Assembly (NCBI RefSeq): GCF_009914755.1
Contig: NC_060931.1
Length of the DNA: 64,000 nt
Source: the human T2T-CHM13v2.0 reference genome, Homo sapiens
Reading direction: 5' to 3' (one strand)
Shown: positions 1 to 20,064 of the stretch, one piece after another
Position numbering within the stretch: position 1 is the first letter of the stretch
Layout: each line of letters begins with the position of its first letter
Made by a program: the position numbers and the translations under genes
Notes under the pieces: model-generated
Seen by the model: the letters and a program-made list of their open reading frames with translations, nothing else
Databases searched by the model: none
Told to the model about the DNA's origin: nothing

Positions 1-54
1 ACAAAACAAAACAAAACAGAACAAAAAAGTTGCTTGTAATATACAATTTGACAG

Positions 55-156
55 AATATTAACAAACTGTTATACTAAAATCCTTGACCTATCTTGCATT
101 TTGAACGAATCTTTTTGTTACATGATTTTTTAACATTGTTCCTTGGTCATTTTGGA
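55..156. mobile_element. hAT-Charlie (Charlie1-like) DNA transposon fragment
   Basis: atccttgacctatcttgcattttgaacgaatcttt...catgattttttaacattgttccttggtcattttgg resembles remembered Charlie1a consensus. Confidence 0.5.
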
Positions 157-1645
157 TTCTTTCTCTTCTACTCTGTTTTCACTTGCCTTTTGTAGTGATT
201 AGACCTGAACCTGGAAATGCCTTTTGCTTTGAGAGAGCTATAAGGAAGTGTATATTTGACTAATTAGTGCTATCTCTAGGTTTTATATGAAATGAAAAAA
301 AATTATAAAAATAGCCCATCTGGGCTAGAGTCAGTGGGCTACAAAAGCCAACAGAAATTTAGATTAAAAACCCAGCTTATGAATAAGAATTAAGCTTTTG
401 ATGGAAAAGCCTATTCATCCTATTGGTTGGTAACTGGAAAAGGGAAGTCCATGACTTGCTAGGATGTGAATTTCACCAAGATGAAGCATCCCTAATTTGA
501 GAGTCAGTCATCTTCAAAACAAACAAAACGGGAGGCAAAATACTATTTTGAAAAATATGAAATAAAAATTAGAACATTTTATATTGAAAAAAAGTGTTAC
601 TTTAGAAAAACAAAACAGCTGGAAATTTCTCAGGCACCATTGACTATGAATTGAAGGTAGTTCTGTTTTTTCCAAACACTGGCTTGTCTTTTGTCAATGC
701 ATTATTTTTACAAATTGCAAATACATCTGACACTGACACAGATGGAGTAAAGCAAATATACACTGAAATAATGCCTTTATCTTCAGGTAGAAAAATTTGC
801 ATCTATTGTAGCAATTGAGATAAAACTATGCCTTCTATAAGGGTTTCTGCCATGTTCTAAGACAGTGATTTTGTGGGTCACAAAACATTTAAGAATATGA
901 TCAAATTCATTTCTCTCAAAATATTGTAAACAAGTATGATTGGTAAAAATTTTTAGAGATATGTGGACTTCTTCAATCTCAGATACTAGGAAAAAAAGAC
1001 AGGCTTCAGTTTAAAAAGCACTGTAATAAGAAAAGTAGTGCATCAAGGAAGAAGTAAGAAAGCTATTACTAAGTGTTAAGTCAATGATAGACTCCTTTTA
1101 CATGAAGATGTAAACACATTTTTAGAGCACACAAAGGAATAGTAATAAAAAGCCTTGAAATGATTTTGGAATTATTCAGTTTCAGGTTTTTTAAATGTAT
1201 ACTGGATTTCTGAAAATTCCGATGCACCATTACATTTCATTAAGTGATGTAATTCATCAACATTTTCTGGCTTTACAAGACAAAATTTACTGTAATAACA
1301 ACAGATTGGATCTTTGATGAATATGTTGTTGGTCATTTTCCATATCATTTTTGACAGGGTATCAGAAGGATGTATTCTATATTGTATTTTGAAAGGTTAA
1401 ACTATGTTAGGGCTATGGAAATGGCAGAAAGATAAAATGACATGTATGAAGTCAGAATAAAGTGAGTGGAATAAAGTGAGCAAGGCATAAAACTAGGAAA
1501 CAAATTTAATTGTGATACTCCATCTGTACTCCAAATAATGCCTAATGACAGCAGGGTGCCCAGAGTTGGGAGGAAGATTCCATGAATAGGGCTTCATCCT
1601 AACAAACAAAATTTGCAATGAAAGATTGAACTTACTTTGTAATCA

Positions 1646-4020
1646 TTTTTAAAAAATTAATAGACTATTTTAAAAAACCTTTAGATTTACAGAAAAATTG
1701 AGCAGACTGTCAGTGACCATGTCTCCTTGCCCCCCCCCCCCAGTTTTCCTGTTGTTAACATCTAGCATTGGTTAGTACATTTCTTACAATAAATTAACCA
1801 ATATTGATAAGTTGTTGTTAATTGAAGTCGATAGTCTGTTTCACTCTTTGTGTTGTGCTGTTCTATGGGTTCCGACAAACACTTAATGTCATATTTCCAC
1901 CATAAAGTATCAAACAGAATATCCCCTACACTTCAACTAGGCCTTTGTACCCTCCTCCTCTGCTTCTGAAACTTTGGAAACCACTAATCTTATACAGTGT
2001 CTATAGTTTTGCTTTTCCCAAAATGTTACATATTTGAAGTCACACTAACTTCTTTCAATTAACAATATACAAGAAATTCAAGTTTCTTCCACTTTTTTTC
2101 ATGACTTGATAGCTCACTTCTTATTAAAGCCTAATGGTATCCCATTATATAGATGTACAACAGTTTATCTTTTCTCCTACTAAAGGAAATCTTAGTTGCT
2201 TCTAGGGTTTAGTGACTATGAATGAAGCTACTATAAATATTTATGTACAGGTTCTTAAGTGGACAGGTGTTCAACTAAATCTGGCAGATATCCAAGAGTG
2301 AGATGGCTAGATTATTTGGTAAAACTACTTTCAGTTTTGTAAGCAACTGCCAACCTGTCTTCCACAGTAGCTGTTACCGTTTTACATTTCCCCCAGCAGT
2401 AAATGAGAATTGCCCCACATCCTTCCCAGCGTTTGGTACTTGTCCGTGTTTTGGACTTTAGCCATTCTAATAGAAGTATAATGATACCTGATTATTATTT
2501 TAAATTAAATTCCCAGTGATATATGGTGTTGTGTATCTTTTTATATACTTATTTTCCATCTATTTATCTTCTTTGATGAAGTGTCTTCTTAGATCTTTGG
2601 CCATTTTTTAATGGAGTTGTTTTACTATTACTGTGTTGAGTTTTAAGAGTTCTTTGTGTATTTTGAATGAAAATCTTTTATCAGTAATGTGTTTTGCAAA
2701 TACTTTATCCTAGTCTTTGGCTTGCATTTCATTCTCTTCAGCAGACAAGAAGTTTTTAATTTTAATAAAGTCTGACATAATTTTTTTAATTTCATGGTTC
2801 ATTCTTTCGTCTTTACTTCTATATATACACAGACAAATCCAGAGTCACAAAGATTTTCTGCTATATTGTTTTCTAGAAGTTTTATAGTTTTTCAACTTGC
2901 ATTTATATCTATGATTCACTTTTAGCTAATTTTTGTCAAAGGTTTAGGTCTATGTTTAGTTTTTTGTTTTGGGTTTTTTTTTGTTTTGCATTTTAATATC
3001 CAATGATCCAGTATCAATTGTTGAAAATATTATCCTTTCTCCATTGAAATGGCATTGTTCATTTGTCCAAAGATTACTTGACCTGTATGTGTGTCAGGGG
3101 GAGGGACAGTATATTTTGAGGTTTTATATTTTGTTTCATTGATTTCTGTCTATTCTTTCATGAATACCACTCTGTCATGATTACTGTAGCTTTATAGTAA
3201 GTCTTGCAGCCAGGTAGTATCAGTCCTATGACCATGGTCTTCTTTTTTCAATATTCTGTTAACTCTTCTATGTAAATTTTTCTCTCTTCTTGCCCATCAA
3301 TGTAAACTTTAGAATCATTTTGTATATATCTGCAAAATAAATTGCTAGAATTTTGATTGTGATTACTTTGATGTATAGATCAGTTTGGAAGAATTGATAT
3401 CTTAACAATATTGTGTCTTCCTATCCATTGATATGAAATATCTCTTCATTGATTAAATATTATTTGACATATTTCATCATAGTTTTGTAGTTTTTCTCAT
3501 ACAGATCCTGTACATATTTTGTTACATTCATACACACATACTTTCTTTATTTCTTATTTTTGGGTTGCTAATGTAAATGGTATTTTAATTTCAAATTCCA
3601 AATGTTCATTGTTGGTATATAGAAAAGTAATTAACTTTTGTATATCAACCTTGATTCTGCAAACTTGCTATAAGCTGTTGTTAATTTCAGAATTTTTTTG
3701 GTCAATCTTGGGGGGTTTTCTATATAAGTAATCATGTAACCTGTGAACAAAGATAGTTTTATTTCTTCCATCCCAATATATATACCTTTTACTTCCTTTT
3801 AAAAATCTGATTGCATTAGCCTGGACTAATGTATAATGTTTAAAAGAGTGTTAAATGGGAATATCAGTGCTTTTTCTTGATCTTAGCAGAAAAATTTCTA
3901 GTTTCTCACCATGAAGTATGATACCAACTCTAGGCTTTTTGTAGATATTCTTTATCAAGTTGAGGAAGTTTCCCTCCATTCCCAGTTTACTGAGAGTTTT
4001 TATCATGAGTGAGTCTTAGA
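1646..4020 (-). mobile_element. Old LINE-1 (L1MC1-3-like) 3'UTR plus decayed ORF2
   Basis: Antisense L1MC 3' end (tttagatttacagaaaaattgagcaga...) followed by antisense ORF2 motifs (tgtagctttatagtaagtcttg; tttatcaagttgaggaagtttccctc). Confidence 0.85.
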
Positions 4021-5540
4021 TTTTTACAAATGCCTTTTCTGCAATGTTCTGTTATTTGTCATTCTTTTTTCTCTTTGCGTTTCAATTTGGAAAGTTTATG
4101 TTGACATGCCTTCAAGCTCAATGACTTTCTCCTGGCTGTACCCAGTCCACCACTGAGCCCATCGAACATTATTCATTTCTCTTGCACTGCATTTTTATTT
4201 GTAACATTACCTTTTGATTATTTCTTAGAATCTCTATTTTTTGTTTATATCAATCTGTCCTTGTATGTTGTTTACATTTTCCACTAGAGACCTTCATGTG
4301 TTAATAATTGTTATTTTTAATCCCTATATAATTCCAAAATCTGTCTCAAATCTAAATGTGGTTCTGATGCTTATTTTATCTCTTCAGTTTGTATTTCTCT
4401 TCCTTCTCTCTTAACATGTCCTTTTAACTTTTTGTTGAAAGCTGACATGATGTGTCAAGTAATAGGATGCATTAGGATAAATATACATCCTAACAGACTC
4501 TGTTTTAAAGTTTGTTGTAGCTGTGGATACCAGAGACCAGTTTCCTCTCGTTTCCTCTTTTTTTCTCCCATATTTTTATTTCTCAAAGAATTTCTTCTAA
4601 TATGAGTTTGTGTATTGCAGCTCTCTGTTGCAGTCCATGGTTATTACTGGAAACATGATGATATGATGGTAAAATTGGGAGGAGAGGAAGGATTATATAA
4701 TCTTGTCATTAAATCTTCAGTTTTTACTTGACTTGAGTCTCTAGGCTGTGACCTTCAGAAGTATTTCTTAGCCTTTTTTTTGGTCGTTGTAGTGAGATAG
4801 AAAGGGTAGAAAATGCTGAAGTGGTCTCCTTGCCCTTTCCCAACATCAGATAATACTCTGGCAAAGTAACTTCCCTTCGAGGGGAGACCTTTGTTAGGGA
4901 CAATGATCTGGACATATTTTTTAAAATGGTTCATTCCCCCCTGAGCATGTCTAAAATATGAGGGAATTTTTGTTAGATCTTTATAGCGACAGTCTGGTGG
5001 GGGCTCCAGGAAGGCCCTCACTCCTGCCTTTCTTTGTAACCACAAAAGTAGGGACCTAGGATCCCATCTAATACAGGGTTTCCAGGCAATTTTAATTGTC
5101 AAGCTTGTCCATGCCCTGCTTCTAAAGATTCCTGATGATTGGTGGGTGCATCAAAATCTCATAAATCACCACTAAAGAACTTACTCAAGTAATCAAACAC
5201 CACCTGTTCCCCAATAACCTATGGAAATCAAATAATAAATAAAATAAATAAATGTCCCAATAGAATTTTGAAAAGATTTGTCAAAATTACTATTTAAGTG
5301 TTGTTATCAGTTACCAGCTCTAATGACTTCTGTTCCTGGTAACCTGATCTCAACTGTGATTCTCTGTGTTTGCCTCTTGCCTTACATATTTCAGAGTGAT
5401 GATTTGCCCTATGACCTCAATTCTCTGGTGGCTCTAACAAAAGTCATTGATTTTTAGCTGGTTTAGATTTTTTTCACTAGAAAAAAAATCACAAAACAGC
5501 TTCCAAGCTGTTTAGATGTTGGAGCAAAATCAAATATCCA
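4021..5540 (-). mobile_element. Old LINE-1 (L1MC/L1MD-type) ORF1/5' end region
   Basis: Ends in ...tgacctcaattctctggtggctctaacaaaagtcattgatttttagctgg...ttccaagctgtttagatgttggagc, typical antisense L1MC/MD 5' terminus. Confidence 0.65.
5135..5252 (+). mobile_element. 5'-truncated L1PB-like 3' end with A-rich tail, nested in the older L1
   Basis: gggtgcatcaaaatctcataaatcaccactaaagaacttactc...aataacctatggaaatc followed by (aataa)n. Confidence 0.8.
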
Positions 5541-6117
5541 CTATAGAAAATTTTCAGTTTCTTTGTAGTATAAAAACTACATAAAAATCACATATCTCCA
5601 AATTAAATTACCAACACATGTTCACAGCAGAGCATTTGGAAAATATAGGAAGTAAAAAGAAAAAAATATTTCATAGAATTCCACAATTCCAAATGCTGTT
5701 TCTGTCATGTTTCTGTCATATAAATTATATCATATTTTTGCATACCCATAAACTTATATTATTAGTTTGATTTATACTGATTTGCAGTGGTTTAGTTGCA
5801 TTCAAACATAGGGAAAAAAATACTATTAAATTAATCCAATTCTTATTTTGGCTCAAATCACTGTTTACTATTTATATGGACACACATAAATAGTGACGTG
5901 CACATTTATGTGTAAAATCAAATATTGTCTTAAGAATGACTAATATTTTTAATCTAATAGAAACTTGGAACGCTATTGTCTGTGATCTATTTTAATGTAA
6001 ACCATTCTTTTCTTTCTCTATGAATTTTTCCTTTTTTCTCAAATCTATGAAGTCCCATTATCTTGAAATGAGGGAAACACACATTTACATATACGTTCAG
6101 ATTTTCCATGGCTTTAA

Positions 6118-6447
<330 letters not shown>

Positions 6448-6709
6448 TGCATGTAATTCTTTATTTCCTCCAGAGTTCAGCTTCATGCATGGTATATGGA
6501 AATTCTCAATTCTACCATCTGTCAAATATCCTATCAATTATTTTCTCACCACAAATGAATAATTCTTTCTCTATTGGTCAGAAGACCACCTTCATTATAG
6601 TAATAAGAATATTCTATTCCATTGATTTATTGTTCCATCTTTTTATCTTTGTGCTAGTATCACACTGTTTTTAATCCTTAGAATTTTAGTATGGGCAGAA
6701 CATTTTTAA

Positions 6710-7900
6710 TAACTTATTTTGTTTTGTTATTAAGTAACATAATGTTATAGATCAAATGTCAAAAATATGTAGTAAAATATCTTCATCCATCTTCTATTCC
6801 CCATCTGCCCAATTTCCATCTCCTTTCACAAACAGCAACTCCCAGTTAGATATTATTTACGTTTCTAGATATTTAAGTCAATACAGATATCTATCTCCTT
6901 AAAATACACAAATGCTAGTATATTATAATGTTCTTTTTGAGAACTCTCCCTAGTAAAGGAAGAGATTTCTAATTTCTGTTTACAGCTGCATAGCATTACA
7001 AATGGATGTCATATCATTTATTTAGCTATCCCCATATTGATGAACATTTAGGATTTTTTATTATGCAATTCTTATACATATTCAAGCACAATGCAACAAT
7101 ATCTGAAGTTAAAAATGTTTTTAAACATAATCCTTTTTTAAATTTAACTTTTTAGTTTTAGAAAATTGTAGATTCATGTGCATGTATAAGAAACAGTACA
7201 GAGATATCCCAGGTACCATTTACCTGGTTCCCCAGTGATAAATCTGCAAAACTATAATACAATATGACACTTAAGATGTTGAGCCTGATACAGTCATGAT
7301 AGAGGCAATATATATGTAGACTATTGTGTCATATGCAAATATGAAGAATTATATTTTTATGATTGCTATTTCTTTTTTTTTTGCCCTTTTGCACTGACTA
7401 GAACATCTACTATTACATTAAATAAAAATGATAAGGATGAAGACTATTGCTTTCTCCTCAATCTTAGAGACCAATCATTCCATTTTCCATCAAGTATAAT
7501 GTTAGCTGTATGGTGTTCGTAGATATTCTTTATCAAGTTGAGGAAGTACCATTCTGATCCTATTTTTTCTGATACTTTTTTTTTTAATCATATATGGGTG
7601 TTTAATTTTGTCAAATGCTTTTTCTACAACAATTAATTATCATGTGATTTTTTTATTTAGCTGATTGACTTTTTAATATTGAACAAGACTTGCATCCATG
7701 GAATAAAACCAACTTGATTATGGTGTATAATTTGTTTTAAATATGTTGCTGAATTGTATTTGTTAATATTATGTTAAGATTGTTTGGTGTCTATTTGTAA
7801 AGAATATTGGTAGAAGCTTTCTTTTTTCGTTCTATTCCTGTCTAGTTTCAGTATCAAGGTAATATGAGCCTCGTTAAATTAATTTGGAAGTGTTCCATCC
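6710..7900 (-). mobile_element. Fragments of old L1 (L1ME 3' end, L1MC/MD 3' end, ORF2)
   Basis: acagctgcatagcatt...atattgatgaacatttagg; gtagattcatgtgcatgtataagaaacagtacagagat; tttatcaagttgaggaagtacc. Confidence 0.7.
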
Positions 7901-7909
7901 TCAAGCTCA

Positions 7910-8066
7910 GTCAGTGGTTGTTGGTAGTATTGTTAAGCTCTGCCCAGGAGCTTACAGAATGAGCCCTGTTGGCCTCTGCCTGGAGGCCACCCTCACATTT
8001 TGGAGCTCTATTGTCATCTCCTACATGGAGGCTTGCTTCATCAAAGTGTGCAAACAAAGATGATAG
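7910..8066 (-). mobile_element. MaLR LTR fragment (MLT1G-like), apparently interrupted by the L1MA and resuming near 11360-11400
   Basis: ggaggccaccctcac...catggaggcttgcttcatcaaag; continuation gagagtactagcaaaagagaagacaca after the L1. Confidence 0.45.
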
Positions 8067-8069
8067 AAG

Positions 8070-11359
<3,290 letters not shown>

Positions 11360-11823
11360 CAGATGGCCATAGGGAGAGTACTAGCAAAAGAGAAGACACA
11401 AGGAGCTTATTAATTTATTTTTTATTACTAGAATACAACTTCTTAATTGAGAAAGCAAGTCTATAGGCGTTATTTTATTTACTCCGATTTATCAGATGAA
11501 AATATGCCAGCTGCGAAATTTTATATGATTTCCCTGAATTGCTTGTCTCAGAAATTAGAACCACAAATCTAATCTGAATTCATATGTACCTTTTGTTTCT
11601 TAGATTTTAATGTGGCAAGTAAAATAGGTATGCAGATTGCTGAAATGCACAACAGTATAGAGGAAAATGAAGTAGGAAAGAGATAAAATGTGTTGAACCA
11701 TTGCTATGTGCCAGGCCATTAAAAAAACTTATCTTCTCTAATATGACATCACCATGAGATAGGAATTGATAGCTTAATTTTAACAGAATTTGAAGATTAA
11801 TATGGTTGGCTATATTTTCCAAG

Positions 11824-12343
11824 TGTAGTAGCCAGTCTTCATTATGGCTCCCAATAATCTTTGCCTCCTCATATGCCTACCCTTTTATAGTGCCCTCCCA
11901 CACTGCACCAAGGCCTATTGGCCTTGTGTGACCAATAGAATACGGCAGAGGTGATTAGATCATAAAGCATTGCAGTTTGTACCTTGGACTCTCAGATCAC
12001 TGGCTCTGGGAATTCAGCTATCATGCTATTTACACAATCAAGAAGCCCCATGAAGAGTTCAATGGGCAGAGCACTGGAAACCCTGATCATTAATTAACAT
12101 TAAATTGTCAGCCTTTTGAGTGCACACTCTTGTAAATGCAAACTCCAGTCAAGCTTTCAGATGACTGCAGCTCCAGGAAACATCTGATTGCAATCATAGG
12201 AGAAACTTCAAGCAGTTACTATCCAACTGACCCCTCCCAAATTCCTGACTTACAGAAACTGGAAGAGATAACAAAATATCATTGTAATTTTAAGCCAATA
12301 TATTTTGGAGCAATTTCTTATGCAGCAATAGATAACCAGTACA
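11824..12343 (+). mobile_element. MaLR solo LTR (MLT1F-like)
   Basis: TG...CA ends, tggctcccaataatctttgcctcct start, gcagcaatagataaccagtaca end; near-TSD ccaag/ctaag. Confidence 0.85.
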
Positions 12344-14475
12344 CTAAGTAGCATAGTAAATATTGAGGCCTAGATTTAACCAAAGTGTCCAATTCAAATA
12401 CTATACTGCTTTGAATATTTATTCCGGAAAGCATATCACAATATCAAATTCTAAAGGTTCACTGTTTCCAGATATGTCTAGGAGGGGACGAGGAGGGTCT
12501 GCCTTTGCATGAATATCTTAAATGCATCATGGAGAAAAAAAGCTCAATTTAAGGGAAGGGGAAAAGTATCAGCGGCCTTAATGGCCACTTTTTCTCCTGC
12601 ATCCATTATACCTTTTGTAAGTTATCCGGAACCTTAAAAGTTTAGCTGTTCTATGCAAGTATTCTCTGACTACTAGGATAGTTATATTTTCCCAGGAGCA
12701 AGCTTTTCTCAATTGCGTCTGTTTGTGTGCGTGTACTGTGTACATATACACACATGTGCTCATGAATGCATGTGTGCATATGTGTGTATATGACTTTCAA
12801 TATTCCATAAAAGGGTCTCTGTTGCTACTGTCTAAGGGCAGAGAATATTTCTTCTTATTCTTCTGGGAATCTCAGGGTCATCACAAAACACATATTGCTA
12901 TTTCTTTTATAAACCAAAATTATGACTGCCTGTTACAGACTCAAGCATGTAATGCTCATGGATTGTGCAACCTGAGTTGGTTTATTTCATTTTCCTCAGA
13001 AGCCTTGCTACCCACTTTTTCAAATTTAAATCTCTAGTGGCAAATATATTTCTGATTTCTTTGAGATCTAAAGCAAGAACACAAATGATGGTCAACATAT
13101 TAAATGCTTATATATTTCAAAGCTATATATCAGATTATAAATTCTAAAATATATTCTATCTCCTATGTTGGCCAAAAGACCTTTGATTTTATTTTATTTA
13201 TATATTTTTGCTTTTTAATTTCTTTTAGGGTTAGAGATTCTAGAACTACCTCACAAGACGTCAGCCCTGTTCACAGGCAAGGGGAGGTAAACAGGGCAAA
13301 CGGACCTTTTAAATAGAAACAATTAAAAATAGAACGTGTGTGTGTTTGCGTATGTATATATATATGTGTGTATCTCTCCATATGATTGAGGTGAAATATA
13401 AAAAAAGTTGAATGTAAGTATTGTTCAACTGGTCAATGATGATGTTTGAGTGATAAATACTTGTAATTTATAAATTACTTAGTATTTAGCTCATAAAACC
13501 TGTTTTTCTTTTACTTTAAATCGTGATGTTATTAATATAATGTCTTTTGCATAAATTGTGTTCTTATAATAGTAACGCCAAATTAAACAATTTTCTTTAG
13601 TTATTATGGTTCTTTGGGTAGTGTTTTATTCATATTAAGTTAAAGATATCTTGTTCTGCTCAAATTATCACTAAGTTGGAATTACTAATAAATTCCTTAC
13701 AGCAATATTTATATCCAGAAATTAACATGAATTTTATCCTCAAATACTGTAAAATGACCACACATGTCATAAATTATAATTATCACATTACTACCGAAAA
13801 GCTGACTTTTATCACTTATAAAATATGTTTGCCCTCTCTTACAGTAATATTTAGCTATGCTTAGTAATGTGAACAATGATTATGTTTCATTCATGTTAAT
13901 CTAAATTTACAAATATACATGTTTGGCAATATATAAATTGTTTAATATTATACAGTATTTCTCCTTTCCTATTGATAATTTTGCAAATATGATAATTCTT
14001 GAGTACTTCCAGAACTATGCTTTGGACACAAAGAGAAAAATAAAATAGGTGTTTGGAGCTACTGTGAAATGATATCCCATTATAACAAAATCTATTTTAT
14101 TCATGCTATTTGAGAGGAAGGATTACATGTTGATTCACTTGTCTTTTCTCTTACCTAAGCATCCCACCAATGAAATCCTTCTGGAACTCTGAAACAGTTT
14201 CCCTCTCCAATGTCAGCAACAATCCAAACCACAAACTTCTATGATATTTGGACACAATTAGCTTTTGTTCCTAGGAGACACAGTGCAGGAAATGTGGAGA
14301 AATGTTTCCTTTTCTTTGTACTATCATTCATCACAAGAGTAGATACATAGTTACTGGTTGTGTCCTACCATTGGGTCTAGTTGTGACTATAATGACTCAG
14401 TCGTTGTGTGCTGGTTGTGTACTGCATATTGGATTCTAAGTGTCAGACCAGTCCATGTGTGTTTTTTAATTTTAA

Positions 14476-14571
14476 GTGTGTGTGTGTGTGTGTGTGTGTT
14501 AGGAGAAAAGGAAAGGAAAGAGACTGAAAGAGAGGGAGAGGAGGAAGAAAGAGACAGAGAAACAGAGAGGG
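14476..14571 (+). repeat. (TG)n microsatellite followed by GA-rich tract
   Basis: gtgtgtgtgtgtgtgtgtgtgtgt then aggagaaaaggaaaggaaagagactgaaagagagggagag... Confidence 0.9.
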
Positions 14572-15574
14572 AGAACCCCCTTTACAACATGGGACCGAGG
14601 TCAATGGTCCTTGTTGCCAGGTTAATGGCCCCTGTTGCTCAGGTCTTATGTGGTTATTATCCTACAGTCTTGGGAATGTGTGATAATGAAAATGCTGAGT
14701 TCAGTCTAAGATCCCAGAGCACGCAGAGGCCTTGTGTCAATTACTTTGACAGAGGCACAGCCTTTTGTCTCTAGACTAATCCAACTAGGTTTAATTTAGT
14801 AAAAGAGTCTGGACAGCTGGACTGTTAAACAGTCACCTGACCAGATTTGTTCTGATGAGATAGGACTTGGCTGATTCTTTGTGCTGTGGACTATGCTTAT
14901 CATGCTTTTAGGAAGTCTGGATTCACTCAATAGGGTAATGATTGTGTGAGAGTCAGACAGTCCATGTGCAACAATTCTATTTTCTGGCTGGCTGCTGTTC
15001 TTATCATCTGTTCCTTAATGCAGTGAATGTGAGCTTGGTATTACATGTATACAATCTCCACTTGCGATTTTAGGAATTGCACCTAGCAAGTACTGAAAAA
15101 GGCTAAGTTGGATTTTCACAAATTTTTGATGATTTTAATGCATACTTCTATTAAAACTCCATGCCATTTATTTATATTACCTTATGGTTTTTAAAACTGT
15201 TTTTAATGAAGATTTAAAAAGTAGTCAATAAGACATTCAACTTCCAATAGGAATGCATTATCAGTGAGTTTGATTATCAATACAATCTTTATTTTCTATG
15301 AATGAAACGCATGCTATTGTTTGTTATAACTATTGTTTAAACAGGCAGATAACAAAAGAGCTCAAAATCATCAGGAATATTTTTATTCTCCAGACTTATT
15401 GTAGTTTTATATTAGTGTTTTGTTGAAATTAAAATACATTAATTCATGTCATTATAAAATGAAATTTGTAAAAGTTGAAAATTAGTTATATAAGGTTATA
15501 ATTATTTTATAAATTTACGATTTTTTTCTTTGGTGATTCAATTGGATTGTATTGGAGATATAATTGCAATGATA

Positions 15575-15725
15575 ATGACAATAATAATAAATATTATCTA
15601 TTATGTTGCTGGCATTGTACTGGTTGCTTTACTTTGCTAATGTAACCCTTCCAACAGTTATATAGGTGACTGTTAGATTTTCATTTGTGTACAATAGAAA
15701 ATTAGAATATCATCAGCTTTGGTAA
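15575..15725 (-). mobile_element. MIR fragment
   Basis: ataataata...tatgttgctggcattgtactggttgctttac...aacccttccaacag...tttcatttg. Confidence 0.5.
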
Positions 15726-15729
15726 ATTA

Positions 15730-18565
<2,836 letters not shown>

Positions 18566-18946
18566 TTTTTTTTTTTAATTTCTTGACTAGGTTAGGAACT
18601 TAGACCTATATTTTGCCTTCAATTATGCCAAATTGTTTACATTTGCAATTGGAAATTTTTAAAATAAAAACTCTTCTTTCTATTGCAGTTAAGAATACCT
18701 AACCCTAGTAATTTAAATGTTTCTAACACCACAATTTGGTAACATTCACAATAATGTTTTTTTACTTAGCACAAATTTATTAATAAAATGAATTTCAAGC
18801 CTTTCATTTGTAGAGCACTTTGCCCACATGCTCAGTATAAGTAAGACTTGCTGGGTTTAATGGGAAGAACAAGGGAAATGGAGGAGGAATTCTTCTCTTT
18901 TGGCCAAATAACATAAGACTTTTGAGCATCAGATTCTTTATGCCAG

Positions 18947-19016
18947 AAAGTTAAATTGTCTCTATTTTAAATGAAGATTGTACAATTTTCATTTAAAATA
19001 GAGACAATTTGACTTT
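18947..19016. repeat. 70 bp near-perfect spacerless palindrome within a MIR-like remnant
   Basis: 35 bp arms around TGT|ACA, 2 mismatches. Confidence 0.95.
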
Positions 19017-20064
19017 TAATTAATTATTTTAATTAAAATAATGTCTGTGGAAGTGTTTTGTGAAGGCTGAAACAGTATGTATCACAAATACTAGTTACAT
19101 ATTTACCCCAAACTAAAGAGAATTTAATTTTTGCCAAAAAAGTACACACACAATGGACTTACATTTATAACGCCAGGATCTTTAGAGATCCATGTTCATG
19201 TAAAATTTTTTCCACCGTATTTTAAAAAGCCCACTTTCCTGGATTTCGCTAAAATTTTGTGGTTTTTCCCTTTTAGGACCATTAACTGGGGAAAATTCAT
19301 CTGAAAAAATTCCACCCTTCTCAGGTTAACTTAATGTGAGTACAGTGGTGTGCTCTGTGAGGGCTGCTCCTTTCTCTGTCAAATGTCCTTGCTGAAGCAT
19401 GCTAATAAGGTACCCTTTGTGATTTATATGAGCTATCATTAGAAAAAGGAACAAGAATTATAGAAAAGCAACTCTTAGGTGGTGAGTCATGTTACAGAAA
19501 ACGCACAACTTAAAATATAACAATGACTCTGTTGTGCTATCTAATGCCCGTCAAAAGATGACTGCATCACCAATTCTGCAAAATTTTCTTCATTCTTGTC
19601 TTTTATTTCACTCCTGTGAGAACATATGTATCTTGTCTCAGGAAAGTTGAGATTAAAAAGCATATACATCTAAAATGAAATGAAATGAAACATAATAAGA
19701 GAAAGTAAAAACATACTTAGATTAGAAATCACAGTTTAGAGGTCATGCAACCTCTGGCTCCAAGGCTGTGAACCTCCCGAAGTTGCTTCTGGTGATAACA
19801 TCACTATTGTAAAACCTGAAATCAGTGCTTGAGATATTTTGCACACCCTGCACTCCATGGATCAGCTGACACCACCCAGACTGGTCATCTGGCTCAACCA
19901 GTTCTGCCATCCCATTCAGGAACAGATGACAGTAAGAAAAACTCACTTCTAACTCCATGATTCCATCGCCAACCTGATCAATCAGCACTCCCCACATCAC
20001 AAGCCCTTACCCGCCAAATTATCTTTAAAAACTCTGATGCTCGAATGCTCCAGGAGACTGATTT

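Noticed and set aside
14358-14774. 138 aa ORF and small hairpin (gccttgtgtcaa...ttgacagaggc) in unique DNA
   Set aside because: ORF starts at TTG and runs through (TG)n and GA-rich repeats; the hairpin is short enough to be chance
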